From the IMG/VR virus record IMGVR_UViG_3300040801_004034, positions 124,001 to 188,000 of that record: a stretch of DNA of 64,000 bases. One strand, given 5' to 3'. Under the pieces are notes generated by a model. It was not told the DNA's origin and ran no database searches. It saw only the letters and a program-made list of their open reading frames with translations. This document shows positions 45,112 to 56,455 of this stretch, in pieces (the first letter of the stretch is position 1; the number at the start of each line of letters is the position of its first letter). The position numbers and the translations under genes were made by a program.

Positions 45112-46227
45112 CTACAGATCTTCACGCCCAATGTCAACCATAACCGGAAAACGTGGAATACCATCTGGTGTAAGGTTCTGATATCGAATTGTAGCAAGCT
45201 TACCAATGTATTTGTCTTTGTTAACAAGCAGCTCGGTAAACAATTCATCATTACCACGACCACTAGCTCCAAATTCTTTACCATCTTTTGTTTGACAAAT
45301 CAACCGACCCATCATACCTGCACGTCGCCCATTACCTGGTGTGATATCAAGCACTAAAAATTCATCATCATCGAATGCTTTATACTTCTGCAAATGTTTT
45401 GTACGTGTGAAAATATACGGCTCGCTCGGATTCTTCAACATGATACCTTCATACCCATCCTCGATATAACTTGCATGAGCTTCTTCAATTGTTTCAATTG
45501 TCGGCTCGTACATAATATTCTCAACAATCTTAATCATTGAATCAATACCTGCAACTTCCATATGAAGAAACTCTTGACGTTCAATTGTGGTCATATCAGG
45601 TCGATCTGAATCAAACATATCGAATACATGAAACTGTAACTTGCTTGCTGCTTCAGCTAAGTCAGCTGATGTAGGTTTCTTTTTACGTGTTAAACTGATT
45701 ATTTTGTTGAAATCAGTATTGTATTCATGATTATAAATTTCACCATCAAGACGTACTGTTGGAAACTTCTCAAAGAAGCTTCCGAGCGCATCAAACAAAT
45801 GACCAAGTGTGAAGTATGGTTTATTATTACGACTTACTGCTTCATTTTTGTCAATGATACACCGTAACCCGTCCAGCTTTGGGGAGATAAATACATGCTT
45901 CTCAAGATGCTTAGGTTGATATTTCTGTGCTAGGGTAGGACTAAAGTTTGTCTGTGTATCATCTGGCACATCATCAACATTTTCAACATACCCTTTATTT
46001 ACATGGTCATCCCACTGCTTTTGTGCGCGTTCCATCGCAACTGTTTGAGGAGTCTTTTCGTTTGCTTTACCAAAGTTATTTCCTTTAGCATAGGTCGGTG
46101 TACTCGTTGTCGTTTTTCCACCTACCTGACCATACTCGGTCCAGAAATGATCATCTTCCCAGAACATTGTCCAGTGCTGAATACTTCCGTTTTTATTGCG
46201 TTTAAATAGCGTTGGTAAATTTTGCAT
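45112..46227 (-). CDS. ATP-dependent DNA ligase
   Basis: PKLDGLRC, DGEIY, EGIMLK and TPDGIPRFP. Confidence 0.92.
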   Translation of the reverse strand: MQNLPTLFKRNKNGSIQHWTMFWEDDHFWTEYGQVGGKTTTSTPTYAKGNNFGKANEKTPQTVAMERAQKQWDDHVNKGYVENVDDVPDDTQTNFSPTLAQKYQPKHLEKHVFISPKLDGLRCIIDKNEAVSRNNKPYFTLGHLFDALGSFFEKFPTVRLDGEIYNHEYNTDFNKIISLTRKKKPTSADLAEAASKLQFHVFDMFDSDRPDMTTIERQEFLHMEVAGIDSMIKIVENIMYEPTIETIEEAHASYIEDGYEGIMLKNPSEPYIFTRTKHLQKYKAFDDDEFLVLDITPGNGRRAGMMGRLICQTKDGKEFGASGRGNDELFTELLVNKDKYIGKLATIRYQNLTPDGIPRFPVMVDIGREDL

Positions 46228-46243
46228 AATGATATATATTGTA

Positions 46244-47188
46244 TTACAGTTCCTTTGGTGCATGGACTTTTTCTAATCCATGACCTTTTGTCTTTTTAAT
46301 TTTGTCTTTGTTTTTGTTCATCCAGTCTTGAACATACCAAAGTTGACCGCATCCACCGCCAATATCATCTTGACCGGCTGGATTGAAAACACGGACGTTG
46401 TAACCTGCTTGTAACATCTTGGATGAAAAATCTTGTGCTAACTTCCGTTGCCGTTCATTTGCTGTGGCAATATTTTCATCGCGTTCACAAATAACTGATA
46501 TTGTTGACTGCCAGATTGACGGATCGAAATGTTTGACTAATCGATCAACATCTTCCTGTGAATCATTTTTATCATGAACACAATAATTAAAGAATGGTTT
46601 TCTACCACAAGCTTTATACCATTCAACACCGGTTTCAGAAATCTGTTTTAGCGTCATTGTAGGGCTTGGAATTAACTTCTTTCTAGCTTCATCTGTCGAT
46701 TCATGAACTGAAAACTGTAACCCGATGGTTTGGATCCATTTAGAGATTTTATTCAACTCCTCGAAAGCTTTTATTCCGCCGATTGGAGCTGATGTTGAAA
46801 TCAGAAGTGAAGCTGTAGGATACATTGCATAAAGCGTACCGAGTGCTTTTGATAACTCATTAAAATTCAACATTGGTTCACCCATTGACATAAACATGAT
46901 TTGCAGCTTATCGATATCATTCGGATTACAATCGATCTCATTTTCCAACAAGTGTATTGATTGTGATGCAATCTCTTCACCTGTGAACGATCTTACGAAG
47001 TAGTCACCGGCGCCACAAAACCGACACCCTACCGGACAACCAGATTGTGTAGAACAACAGATAACTGTTCGATCTTTGTATGTCGGATACTTATACAATA
47101 CCGATTCTGCAACACCATTGTCCTGAGTGTAAACATACTTGTTTACATTTTCATCACTAGATGTTATTTTTTTAATATTATCCCACAT
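46244..47188 (-). CDS. RlmN/Cfr-family radical SAM RNA methyltransferase
   Basis: STQSGCPVGCRFC, MSMGEP and GGCGQL. Confidence 0.85.
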   Translation of the reverse strand: MWDNIKKITSSDENVNKYVYTQDNGVAESVLYKYPTYKDRTVICCSTQSGCPVGCRFCGAGDYFVRSFTGEEIASQSIHLLENEIDCNPNDIDKLQIMFMSMGEPMLNFNELSKALGTLYAMYPTASLLISTSAPIGGIKAFEELNKISKWIQTIGLQFSVHESTDEARKKLIPSPTMTLKQISETGVEWYKACGRKPFFNYCVHDKNDSQEDVDRLVKHFDPSIWQSTISVICERDENIATANERQRKLAQDFSSKMLQAGYNVRVFNPAGQDDIGGGCGQLWYVQDWMNKNKDKIKKTKGHGLEKVHAPKEL

Positions 47189-48100
47189 ACCGGTATTATA
47201 TTACAGTTCCAAAATCTTTTTCGATGTCGGTACCCAATCAGGATCAGTTTTCAACTTCATTGAGACTTTACGAAACAAATCAGCTGTTGAACCTTGCATT
47301 GTTGTTGGTACCGTATCTTGAACGGTCGAAAGACCAAAACTCTCAATCACACTAATGTAAGGTTTCTGTTCACCTTTCCAGTTCGTTGTAACACCAGCAA
47401 CTCGTACTGCTGGAAATTCACGGCCTATCCAATCATTACGAATATGTGGCTGAACAACAATTGCTGTTCGCATGTATAGTGAGCTGCCGCATCGACCAGG
47501 GTAGGATATAATTTGTCCTCGTTCAATCGGTTTACTGTATAAATCTGTAATATTATTAATAATTGCTTTTTTTGTTAAAAATTCTACTGCTTCTTCCATT
47601 GTTAGAACCTTTGCATTTTTACCTTTTGGTCTTTGCATTGATTCAATTTTTTCTTGTTCGTTATTATAAAGACATCCTGAGCAAGTCCAACCCCCGAACA
47701 TGCCGGGAGGGCATGAACCTCTTCCCTTCGAACATTTTTCAATGTTACCCTCCCGGCAGATACCACCTTGGTGTAAATAAACCATTTACATAAACCAAGT
47801 TATAACCCAACCAAAAAGCAATGCAAAAGCAGGCTTTAATACAGCAACCACAATACTAAAAATTATCTTTTCTTCTGACGTACGAGTATCTTCCGGTTCG
47901 TTACCGGAATAACCTTTAGTTAGATAATTTATAATTATCGCAATTCCGACTGCTACCGGGATTGTTAATGATGCAATACCAAATGTAGAAACGATAAACC
48001 ATTCCCATAAGATGGTTAATGCGTATCCGCTCCAGATTATACCGAGCGGTGTAATTAGTAATGCAATTACTGCTAGTGCTATTGTTTTCATATTTTTGTT

Positions 48101-48832
48101 TTATTGCTTTGTAGTGGGCATTAACCACATGTTATTGTTTGAGAAAACTTGCTCCTTGATCATGCTGTAGTATTCAAGCCGTGACAAGGTCAACATAGTA
48201 TCAGCCTTGAAACACTTGAACAATTCCTCACGGATACGCTCTTGTGAAACGTTCTTTAGACCACTTACGAACTCCATGTAGATCATGCAGCGATGAATAT
48301 CCTGATGTAGGTTGAATCCCTTGGTGATTGAAAACCTGAAGTAGCGTAACATACGAAGGTAATCTTCCTTGATTCGATCTTCAGCATTTCCAACTGCACG
48401 GATAAGCTTCATATTAAGGTCATCCACCCCATGAAAAGGATCGATAATAGTACCATCAGCAAGATCAATAGCAATTGCATTTACAGTTGCGTCACGACGA
48501 GCAAGGTCATCTTCGATACAATCAGCAATGTGGGTTACATCAGGCCGACGACCATCACTGTATTCACCATCCTTACGAGCAAGAGCAACATCAACTGCAC
48601 CGAGTCCAGGAATGTTGCATCGTAGAGTCAAAAACCCTTCAGTTGCAAGAAAGACCTCACCACCGATATCTTCAACAGCCTTCACCATGTCAGCAAAGGT
48701 AGGAGCTACCATACACAAATCCAAGTCCTTAGGCTTGCTATTTGCGTCGATCAACTTATCACGTACCCACCCACCAACGATGTACGTTGGGAAGGGTAGC
48801 TTAATGTTAGGAATGTCTAATACTGCTTGCAT
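48101..48832 (-). CDS. CCA-adding enzyme/poly(A) polymerase family nucleotidyltransferase
   Basis: VGGWVRDKL..PKDLD, DLARRDATVNA and EDYLRMLR. Confidence 0.9.
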   Translation of the reverse strand: MQAVLDIPNIKLPFPTYIVGGWVRDKLIDANSKPKDLDLCMVAPTFADMVKAVEDIGGEVFLATEGFLTLRCNIPGLGAVDVALARKDGEYSDGRRPDVTHIADCIEDDLARRDATVNAIAIDLADGTIIDPFHGVDDLNMKLIRAVGNAEDRIKEDYLRMLRYFRFSITKGFNLHQDIHRCMIYMEFVSGLKNVSQERIREELFKCFKADTMLTLSRLEYYSMIKEQVFSNNNMWLMPTTKQ

Positions 48833-49229
48833 ATGGTAATTATATGATTGTTCCTATCCGAAATACGGTTCGCTTTTTTTACTGAAAGGGTGCATTGCAT
48901 CCCAATGTTTTTTATATGCTTCAGGATCTTTTTTCTTCATACGTTCTACTTCTTCAGCATATCGCTTCAACGGACGATTTGCAATCTCATTGAATTCATC
49001 CTGTGTAATGTTATTGAGATTGATTTCAATATTTCGTAACTCAGGGCATCCAGTCTGCTCACCGCCAAACCGACGCTGTTCAGCACCTTCAGGGCTGAGA
49101 TCGATCCCGTATTTGCAGTCACATGTTGAAGGTTCTTTTTCGAACATCATACCGTCATAACTACATTTCGTGCGGCGAAGCAGATGGATGTATTTTCTGA
49201 GTGTTTCTATGTCTGTTGTAAACATAATA

Positions 49230-49913
49230 TTATAGCGGATTCTGAGTATCCTTACCGTGATGATCTGGAGCACTTCCATTTTGCTTATCCATGAACTTTC
49301 TCAGATCAGCAAAGTTGATCGGGTAATCATTCTCTTCAACGCTAACTTCGTAGCACTTCATCTTGGAATTCTTGTAAAGACGTCCGAGTTCAGACTTAAC
49401 GAGAGTTCCATGAACATGACTGTAAAGCATGTAAGACCCTCCGCCTTGACCATTCCAACTCAACACTGGGTAATGACTCAAGCACACAGCTTGACCATTG
49501 ACAAATGCTTCGAAGTAGTTTGGAGTAAACACAACTTGCTTACCCCCGAGATCGAGAACATTTTCATCAACACCGCTAAAGCTTTGATGCCAACCCGCAT
49601 AGTGATTACCAGCAGGTAGGTAAAGAGTCTTGAAGCTCAATCGGTTCAGCAATTCTTCGAATGCTTCCTTCCCACCTGCGCCGAACATAGTATCACCAAG
49701 TAGGAAACCAACAGTATTCTCATTAGCTACTTCGTTCCAACGTTGGATCAAAGTCTCTCTATGATCAAGAACGGAATCAAATCCGCGCATCTTCCATAGC
49801 GGTACCTTCCACTTTGGATCATGATTAGCATGCAAGCATCCCCAGAACAGAACTTCCTTAGGATCTGCCTTAACCTTAACTGGCTTGTAAAATAAATCTT
49901 TTAAATTCGACAT
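49230..49913 (-). CDS. calcineurin-like metallophosphoesterase
   Basis: GCLHANH, LLGD, GNH, SHYP and SHVH. Confidence 0.8.
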   Translation of the reverse strand: MSNLKDLFYKPVKVKADPKEVLFWGCLHANHDPKWKVPLWKMRGFDSVLDHRETLIQRWNEVANENTVGFLLGDTMFGAGGKEAFEELLNRLSFKTLYLPAGNHYAGWHQSFSGVDENVLDLGGKQVVFTPNYFEAFVNGQAVCLSHYPVLSWNGQGGGSYMLYSHVHGTLVKSELGRLYKNSKMKCYEVSVEENDYPINFADLRKFMDKQNGSAPDHHGKDTQNPL

Positions 49914-49920
49914 ATGCGTA

Positions 49921-50361
49921 TTATAAATGTGTTCCTGTTGCAAGTTGAACATAAAATGGTACAAGAGCAATAAGCGTTACTGCGTGAATAAGCTGATCGA
50001 TTCCAATTGTATTCCAAAATGCTTTATATTGATCACGTTGCCAGAATCGAGCTGTAAGTCTACTTGTACACCAATCTGTTGCAAAATGTGTTACAAAAAT
50101 ATAAAAATATATTAACATATGAAACGAAAATGATCCCCAAAATCCCATATTAGGCAGCTCTGTTACAAAGCAAAGCGGCATCAAGATAAAAAGAAAAATC
50201 ATCATGAATACAGTCCCTGTATAAATCGTAACGTGATCTAACATAACCCTGTTATCTGAGATTTTTTGTGTACCTATTTTTCTACTCTGAAGTAGAAAAT
50301 CTCCGATATAATGCCCACTAAGTAAGACAGCTATAAAATAAATTGTAATATATTCAATCAT
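49921..50361 (-). CDS. DUF3307-like membrane protein
   Basis: HYIGDFLLQ; IGIDQLIH. Confidence 0.75.
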   Translation of the reverse strand: MIEYITIYFIAVLLSGHYIGDFLLQSRKIGTQKISDNRVMLDHVTIYTGTVFMMIFLFILMPLCFVTELPNMGFWGSFSFHMLIYFYIFVTHFATDWCTSRLTARFWQRDQYKAFWNTIGIDQLIHAVTLIALVPFYVQLATGTHL

Positions 50362-50489
50362 AATCTTCTCCAATTCCAACTGTTCGATGTGCATATCTCT
50401 CACCGCAAGAATATTCAGCGAGCTCTGAACTGCATAGAGATAATGTTCCGTCCTTCACTCTCTGAAAAAACAGATCGATCTCTAATTCC

Positions 50490-51326
50490 TCAATCATGGT
50501 CTTCGAGATCGATGTAAATTTTGTCGTTGAACCATGACCAATCTTGTTTAAAGACTGGCGTCTCGTTATCAATGTACCATTTTGTTCTGACAGGTACCTC
50601 ACCGATTTTAATATCTGGATGCATATCAGGAAATGCTACTGTTTCAAATTTCTTATAACAAGACGAACCATGCTGTTTGGTAACTGGTAGTTCATACCAA
50701 TCAGCGTCATCATCTTCATTTGACATTAACATCTCTTTAAGCTTAGCTGTATTCTTACCTTGTAACTCTTTATGTGAGTAATAAGCTCGAGCTTGCATCT
50801 GAACACTGTTTTTTGCAGCATCTTGCATTCTCCACCACAAGCAGTTTAAAACTTCATAACGTTGTGATAGTGGAAACACACGAGCATCGAATTGAGCTTG
50901 TTTCATTACCATTGCATCAGCTACAGCAGTTTCATCTAACTGATTACCATAATCAGGTGTTATAGCACGAACCATTCGCAACTGATTAAACTTACTTGTT
51001 GCAAGACTTGCAGCAACACTTGTGATCTTTTGGATGTTTCCGCCAAACCAGATATCAGCTTCACGGCTCATCAGGTCAGTAAACACGATTGTGATATCAT
51101 CTGATTGTGTATAACCAAACTGCGCACCCTGGATATTCTCACAAAGAAACTTCATCGTCTCTTGCATATCTTCGATCATACCTTCATCGAATGGTCGATC
51201 CAACCCTTTTGTATAGGTATGAAATGCTTTACCATCGATGCGTAGCACGTAATATTGTTTTGGTGAAAGATATGTACGAGTGATATTCTCGTAACCTTTC
51301 ATGCGATCTCCTAATTCATCACTCAT
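50490..51326 (-). CDS. Thg1-like tRNA-His guanylyltransferase (3'-5' polymerase)
   Basis: RIDGKAFH, YTQSDDI, FDARVF and WRMQDA. Confidence 0.9.
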   Translation of the reverse strand: MSDELGDRMKGYENITRTYLSPKQYYVLRIDGKAFHTYTKGLDRPFDEGMIEDMQETMKFLCENIQGAQFGYTQSDDITIVFTDLMSREADIWFGGNIQKITSVAASLATSKFNQLRMVRAITPDYGNQLDETAVADAMVMKQAQFDARVFPLSQRYEVLNCLWWRMQDAAKNSVQMQARAYYSHKELQGKNTAKLKEMLMSNEDDDADWYELPVTKQHGSSCYKKFETVAFPDMHPDIKIGEVPVRTKWYIDNETPVFKQDWSWFNDKIYIDLEDHD

Positions 51327-51489
51327 GTTGTTATAATATCGTTGTTCCTATTTTACCAACAAAACCATCCGCCGCATTTATTACATTTAACACCACCACG
51401 TGGTTGTGCTTGGATATCATGATCACATTCTGTATCAGCATCCCAAAGTTCATCTAATTCTGAGACGTTTTCTTTTATTTCATCACCCA

Positions 51490-51906
51490 TTACAGCTTAA
51501 TGTTATTGAGGATCTTCTCCTTTTGCTTTGCAACTACCTCAGCAGGTACCCCATGTACGTTTTCACTCCCATGCAAGTTCTGAACAACATAGCTCACAAC
51601 TACATAACCATGCTTTTCAGCAAGTTCGATATACGGCTTACGTTCTTTACCTGTTGTATTGGTGTTGTCAACAATGATACATGCAGTTCTTTTCAACATA
51701 TTCAGCTCGACCTGATCTTTGCACCAAGCATGAGCTTGGCCGAGTTTACTCGGATCGAAATCATAACCATCACCCCAGAATAAATCAGCACTACATATTT
51801 CACAATCTGGGTGCAAAGTTTCGATGAACTTGCTAAAGGTAGACTTACCGCTGCCTGACGCTCCGACAGGCAGGATAAGTACTTTGTTTTGAATTAATGG
51901 ATTCAT
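51490..51906 (-). CDS. AAA_33 polynucleotide kinase-like protein
   Basis: GASGSGKST, VDNTNT and NVHGVP. Confidence 0.85.
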   Translation of the reverse strand: MNPLIQNKVLILPVGASGSGKSTFSKFIETLHPDCEICSADLFWGDGYDFDPSKLGQAHAWCKDQVELNMLKRTACIIVDNTNTTGKERKPYIELAEKHGYVVVSYVVQNLHGSENVHGVPAEVVAKQKEKILNNIKL

Positions 51907-51929
51907 ATAGCTATTATGTTAATGTTCCT

Positions 51930-52130
51930 TTACTTGCTTACTCGCTCACGAATTTCTGCAAGAGAATGCTCGATCAAAAGCTCCATAAGGTCATCAGAAC
52001 TTTGAATCCTAGCTTCAATAACCTCTGTTGGCTCGTTATGGTAAATTGCTCCGGCAGCAACATGTACCTCACCACCACTGAATACATGGCGATTGAAATT
52101 AATATGCTTGTTTTTTTCTAGTTTAATCAT
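51930..52130 (-). pseudogene. N-terminal fragment of a ribose-phosphate pyrophosphokinase-like gene
   Basis: FSGGEVHV and ARIQSSDDLMELL, then an early stop. Confidence 0.5.
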
Positions 52131-52352
52131 AATTGTTTTGTCTATTTAAATTGTGTATCCATGTTGATATTAAACGAACGGAAAACATAGTATAGTGATC
52201 CGATGTAAAATATCACCCAAGTACTCCATGTTGCAAAAACGAAACTATTCCAAGGTAGTTCATATATCACACCTGTAGACCACAGGGTAGCAAAAAACAT
52301 CAATATGGAAATGAATTTATGTTTATGTTTTAAAAATCGTCGTATCATATGT

Positions 52353-53135
52353 TTATATTACTGTTGTTCCTTTTTTACATCTACCTTTGAACCACCCGTT
52401 TGGTATTTCAGTTTTGGTTAAATCAACTTGTTTCATTGTTACACCATTGGTAATCCAATTTGTTCCTTTCTTCGCTTCACTCATTCTTTTTCTTGTACTA
52501 GTCTTTTTTGCAATACCTTTCTGTTTTATGCTTATTTTACGTTTAACATCATCAGGACGCTGTTTACCATAATGACCATTATTCGCGCCTTTATTTTTAC
52601 CTTTCATGCTTTGTGAGATTTTTCTACAATGATCTTTAGAAAATTTCTTGCCTTTGTTAGTACCGGTTCGACCAATATTTGTTTCACTTATTCTTTTTTT
52701 ATGTCTTTCAGTCATTCCTCTCACCCAACCTTCAGGTATATTTTTCAGTTTACACCATTTTTCATTATTACCATCGTTTATTAATACTAAACCATCACGT
52801 GCATGTTTCATACTTTCTCGCCATCGAACCCTGTAATACTCAAACATTCTTGATGATGTAATACGACCTACACCGTTAATACCAGTTTTAAAAAAAGATA
52901 AAGCGGATAGAGCTCTTAACATTTTATAATACTCAACAGAGCCTTTTATTTGCATTTTTACTAGTAGTAAATGCGCAATAAAATGTTCTCTCGGAGATAA
53001 TAAAACTATATTACTATGTTTATTATCTCCACCAATACTTTTTGGTATAATATGATGTCTTTCAGCATGGCATGATGTTGATGGATCTGATTTGCGTTTT
53101 TTGACAAGTGATTTGTAAACAGTATGATAATTCAT
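52353..53135 (-). CDS. HNH homing endonuclease with NUMOD3 repeats
   Basis: ERHHIIPKSIGG...LSPREHFIAH. Confidence 0.9.
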   Translation of the reverse strand: MNYHTVYKSLVKKRKSDPSTSCHAERHHIIPKSIGGDNKHSNIVLLSPREHFIAHLLLVKMQIKGSVEYYKMLRALSALSFFKTGINGVGRITSSRMFEYYRVRWRESMKHARDGLVLINDGNNEKWCKLKNIPEGWVRGMTERHKKRISETNIGRTGTNKGKKFSKDHCRKISQSMKGKNKGANNGHYGKQRPDDVKRKISIKQKGIAKKTSTRKRMSEAKKGTNWITNGVTMKQVDLTKTEIPNGWFKGRCKKGTTVI

Positions 53136-53149
53136 ACTATTATTTATAT

Positions 53150-54160
53150 TCAGCTTTCGGTATACTGGTAATTGATCGTTTTGAAGCTTAGATCTTTGTT
53201 AAGTCGTTCACTATAAAGATGATTGCGAAGTCTCCATACAAGCCCTTCAGCAGTTGCACCATTAGCATACTTCACTTTCTTCGCTTCTTCGACAAGATCA
53301 TCAGCTGTTTCCCATTTGAATGGACCTTCATAGTAAAGATCAACCATAGGAATACCAAGCGTAGTGCAGATTTGAACTGATTCATTCCAGTCGCAAAGAA
53401 TACGACGATCAAGCTTCCAAACATTGAACACCCGGGCGTCAACACCTTTAAGCTTTTCTGGATTCTTTTGAATACCTTCACCTACAAGCTCCAACTGGAG
53501 ACCAATACCCACAGGTAGCTTCTCTTTAAGGTTGTACTTGAATACAGGTTGCCAATATTTGCTGTTTCCTGATTCTTTGATTTCGAGATTACGAGAGCAA
53601 ACTTTGAAACCGTCTTCGGCATGATTAACGATAGTTACAGAACTACCATCATGCTTAACAGTTGCAACAACATCTCGCCCTTTCATCATTTCGATAATAT
53701 CAGGCATATTCTCAAGACGTTCTTCATCGGTCTTTGGTACAAGATGTGTCGGAAACGACCCAGCTACGTCACCACTTTCATACGATACAGGTTTTTCGTA
53801 TTTCTCAACACCGAGATATTCACCCACATCAGTATCAATCAAATCATTCGGGTCGACATCATAATAGCTTGCTGGGAGATATTTCATAAGCTCACCAAGA
53901 GGCATAATTAGTCCATTGCTGTATTCACCACGAAGCTTGATAATATTAATCCTGAACTTCTTATTTTCTAGGAAGCTGAATTCTGGTTTATCTTTCGGCG
54001 CAATAGTATCGACCGGGATATAAACGACGAGATCATCCACTTTGAAATCAACTGCGCTAATTACACGCCAGCTGAGACCATACATCTTAAAGATGGTGAG
54101 TGAATCTGCATTTGGATGCTCAATAACATCCGAGATTTTTTGTATTGTTGCTAGTTTCAT
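53150..54160 (-). CDS. RNA ligase (DRB0094/Rnl2-like family)
   Basis: LATIQKI..HPNADSL, KHDGSS, ELVGEG and EGLVW. Confidence 0.9.
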   Translation of the reverse strand: MKLATIQKISDVIEHPNADSLTIFKMYGLSWRVISAVDFKVDDLVVYIPVDTIAPKDKPEFSFLENKKFRINIIKLRGEYSNGLIMPLGELMKYLPASYYDVDPNDLIDTDVGEYLGVEKYEKPVSYESGDVAGSFPTHLVPKTDEERLENMPDIIEMMKGRDVVATVKHDGSSVTIVNHAEDGFKVCSRNLEIKESGNSKYWQPVFKYNLKEKLPVGIGLQLELVGEGIQKNPEKLKGVDARVFNVWKLDRRILCDWNESVQICTTLGIPMVDLYYEGPFKWETADDLVEEAKKVKYANGATAEGLVWRLRNHLYSERLNKDLSFKTINYQYTES

Positions 54161-54500
54161 ATTATATTTTTATTTTTGTTTCTTGTAGTTAACAAAGTCT
54201 CTACGTAAAACATTTCCAGTTTTTTGAAAATTTCTGATGAACATTAAGTTGTAGTTTTTTAGACTCTTCTGTTTATCGTAATACCCGAATACCTTTGCAT
54301 TAAATTTTACAACATCACCTGAACGGAATTTAAAGCCAGCAGGTGCAGTGATCCAAACATGATCTGCAACATCAATATCTTTATGTATCACGTCTTTAAT
54401 CAAAAGATAATGACCACCGATCTTGCGTGGATTAATTGTTTGTATAGTTGCAGTTACTTCGATCAATTGACCTTTGAACTGCTCCATTGCTTCTCTGAAT

Positions 54501-55598
54501 TTACTTTTCATCCAATACTGATTTGATTATTTTTTTGATTGTTTGGTTTGGTATTTCCATTCCTTTACGTTTCTTAAATGCAACATCTTTCCATGGATTT
54601 CTGTACGTCATTTGCATTAAGAACGCAAAATCCTTATCCGAAAGATTTTTGTGCATTTGTGCATATTCATCGATTTTGTTGATTGAAACATCAACAGATT
54701 TTTTAACTTCATCTAGATTTTGAACAAGTTCCTCAACCATGCACCAGCATTCATAATCAAATGTGTTTTTGATATATTTTTTAAATGCTTTGAATGATGG
54801 AAAATCCTGATCAGCATAAAGATTAAGAATATTCTTTTCAGTTGCATTTGATTTAAACGAATGTAACTTGAGATACTCTGCTGATTTTACTTTCCATAAA
54901 TCATTACCTTGGTATATGACACAACCTTCAATACCAGATGCTTTTTCGATCGTAGATAGAAGTTCGCTCAGGTCATTGAACTCATATTTCTTCGGACGTG
55001 GCACAAGCATCTCCATTGCAAATGAATCAAGCATTACCTGAGATTCTAGCTCGTATGTATTCTTGTTAATTGCTCCGATCAGATACAAATCGATTTCGGG
55101 GTAGTCCAAAACAATCCGCTGATTAGGTGTTACAATTTCGAAAAGTAATGATAAATGAGTATGGTTCTGCATCCAAGGACGGATGTTATAGTACTTGTCA
55201 AGAGCAACATCGAAATCAGCGCTATTGTCTAAAGTAACGTAGCTTTCAGTACCTCTGGTACGAACGTTGAACATGTTCTCACATGCATCGACAATCATTA
55301 ACGAGCCATCCTCTTTAGATACAATTCTCGAATCTAACAGATCAGTTGGAGGCGGAAAGTTACCAGGGTTTTCACCAAAATTAACGAACTTAGGAAAGCC
55401 GCAGCTTAAGGGCTGAAAATCTGACTTACGGTAAATAAGTGAGCGTAAAAATTTATTTTCCTGCGTCCATTCGACACTAGGCAGACCTGGAGTAATTAAA
55501 CATGCCTCATCGCCAAAGAATGTAATATCTCTTTGTATAAATTCCTCGATTGGTACACTTTTGAGTGCAGCCTCTACGCGTTTTTGTGCTAAGTTCAT
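54501..55598 (-). CDS. RNA ligase (T4 Rnl1-like)
   Basis: FPKFVNFGE, KEDGSL, EGCVI and KVKSAEY. Confidence 0.85.
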   Translation of the reverse strand: MNLAQKRVEAALKSVPIEEFIQRDITFFGDEACLITPGLPSVEWTQENKFLRSLIYRKSDFQPLSCGFPKFVNFGENPGNFPPPTDLLDSRIVSKEDGSLMIVDACENMFNVRTRGTESYVTLDNSADFDVALDKYYNIRPWMQNHTHLSLLFEIVTPNQRIVLDYPEIDLYLIGAINKNTYELESQVMLDSFAMEMLVPRPKKYEFNDLSELLSTIEKASGIEGCVIYQGNDLWKVKSAEYLKLHSFKSNATEKNILNLYADQDFPSFKAFKKYIKNTFDYECWCMVEELVQNLDEVKKSVDVSINKIDEYAQMHKNLSDKDFAFLMQMTYRNPWKDVAFKKRKGMEIPNQTIKKIIKSVLDEK

Positions 55599-56455
55599 AC
55601 TAACTCCAAGCTATAATTTGCTCCCCGTTTATTGAATTTGAACACCCCTTTAACAACCCCGTTAACCATATGCGGTACAACCTTTTCAAACTCTGCTAAT
55701 CTGAATGTGTATACAGTTCCACGAACACCAACATGTTTAAATTTGAAGTTACATGCTGATCGACCTCGATTTGCTCCCACAAATTCAAGCTCAGCTGGAA
55801 AGGGTCCAGGAATCTCAAGCATTTCATACCCGCCATAACTTTCATAGGTTAAGTATTCGTTTTTTTCTTTGTTGTATGGTACTTTCATATTATTTTTTTC
55901 TAATTGGAATTAATGGTACTGGTGATGCTTTACAATCACATGAGAAATCTTTTGTTTTGTCAAATTCTTTTTTACAAACCGTACATTGCCAAATGTTCCA
56001 ATGTATTTTGCGTTCGTATTTTTCTTCTAATAATGCCTCTGATGGCCACTTTGGTGGATCAACTTGACTTTTTGGTGGAATATAACTACCTGTTCGAACA
56101 GGTTCATTATGACAATCGCATGGACATTTATGATTTTTACGAATCTTTACAAATATCCACAAAGCTATCGGCAATAAAGCAACAGCAATTGGACTACAAC
56201 TTGAACATGCTAAAACGATCATACTTCTTTAAATTCAATTTCAAATGTTGCAAGGCTATATTTTTCACCCGGTAAATTGCGACGAATGTTTACTAAATCA
56301 TATTCAGCTTCCTCTTTATCTGATTTGAGATGTTTAAGCGGAACGGTTGGTGAAAAATATCCTCCCATTCGATGCGAGCAATAGTAAAACCCATCACAAT
56401 CACGTTTGATGCAATACTGTTTAATAATCATACAGCAATAATAATGATGTTCCTT

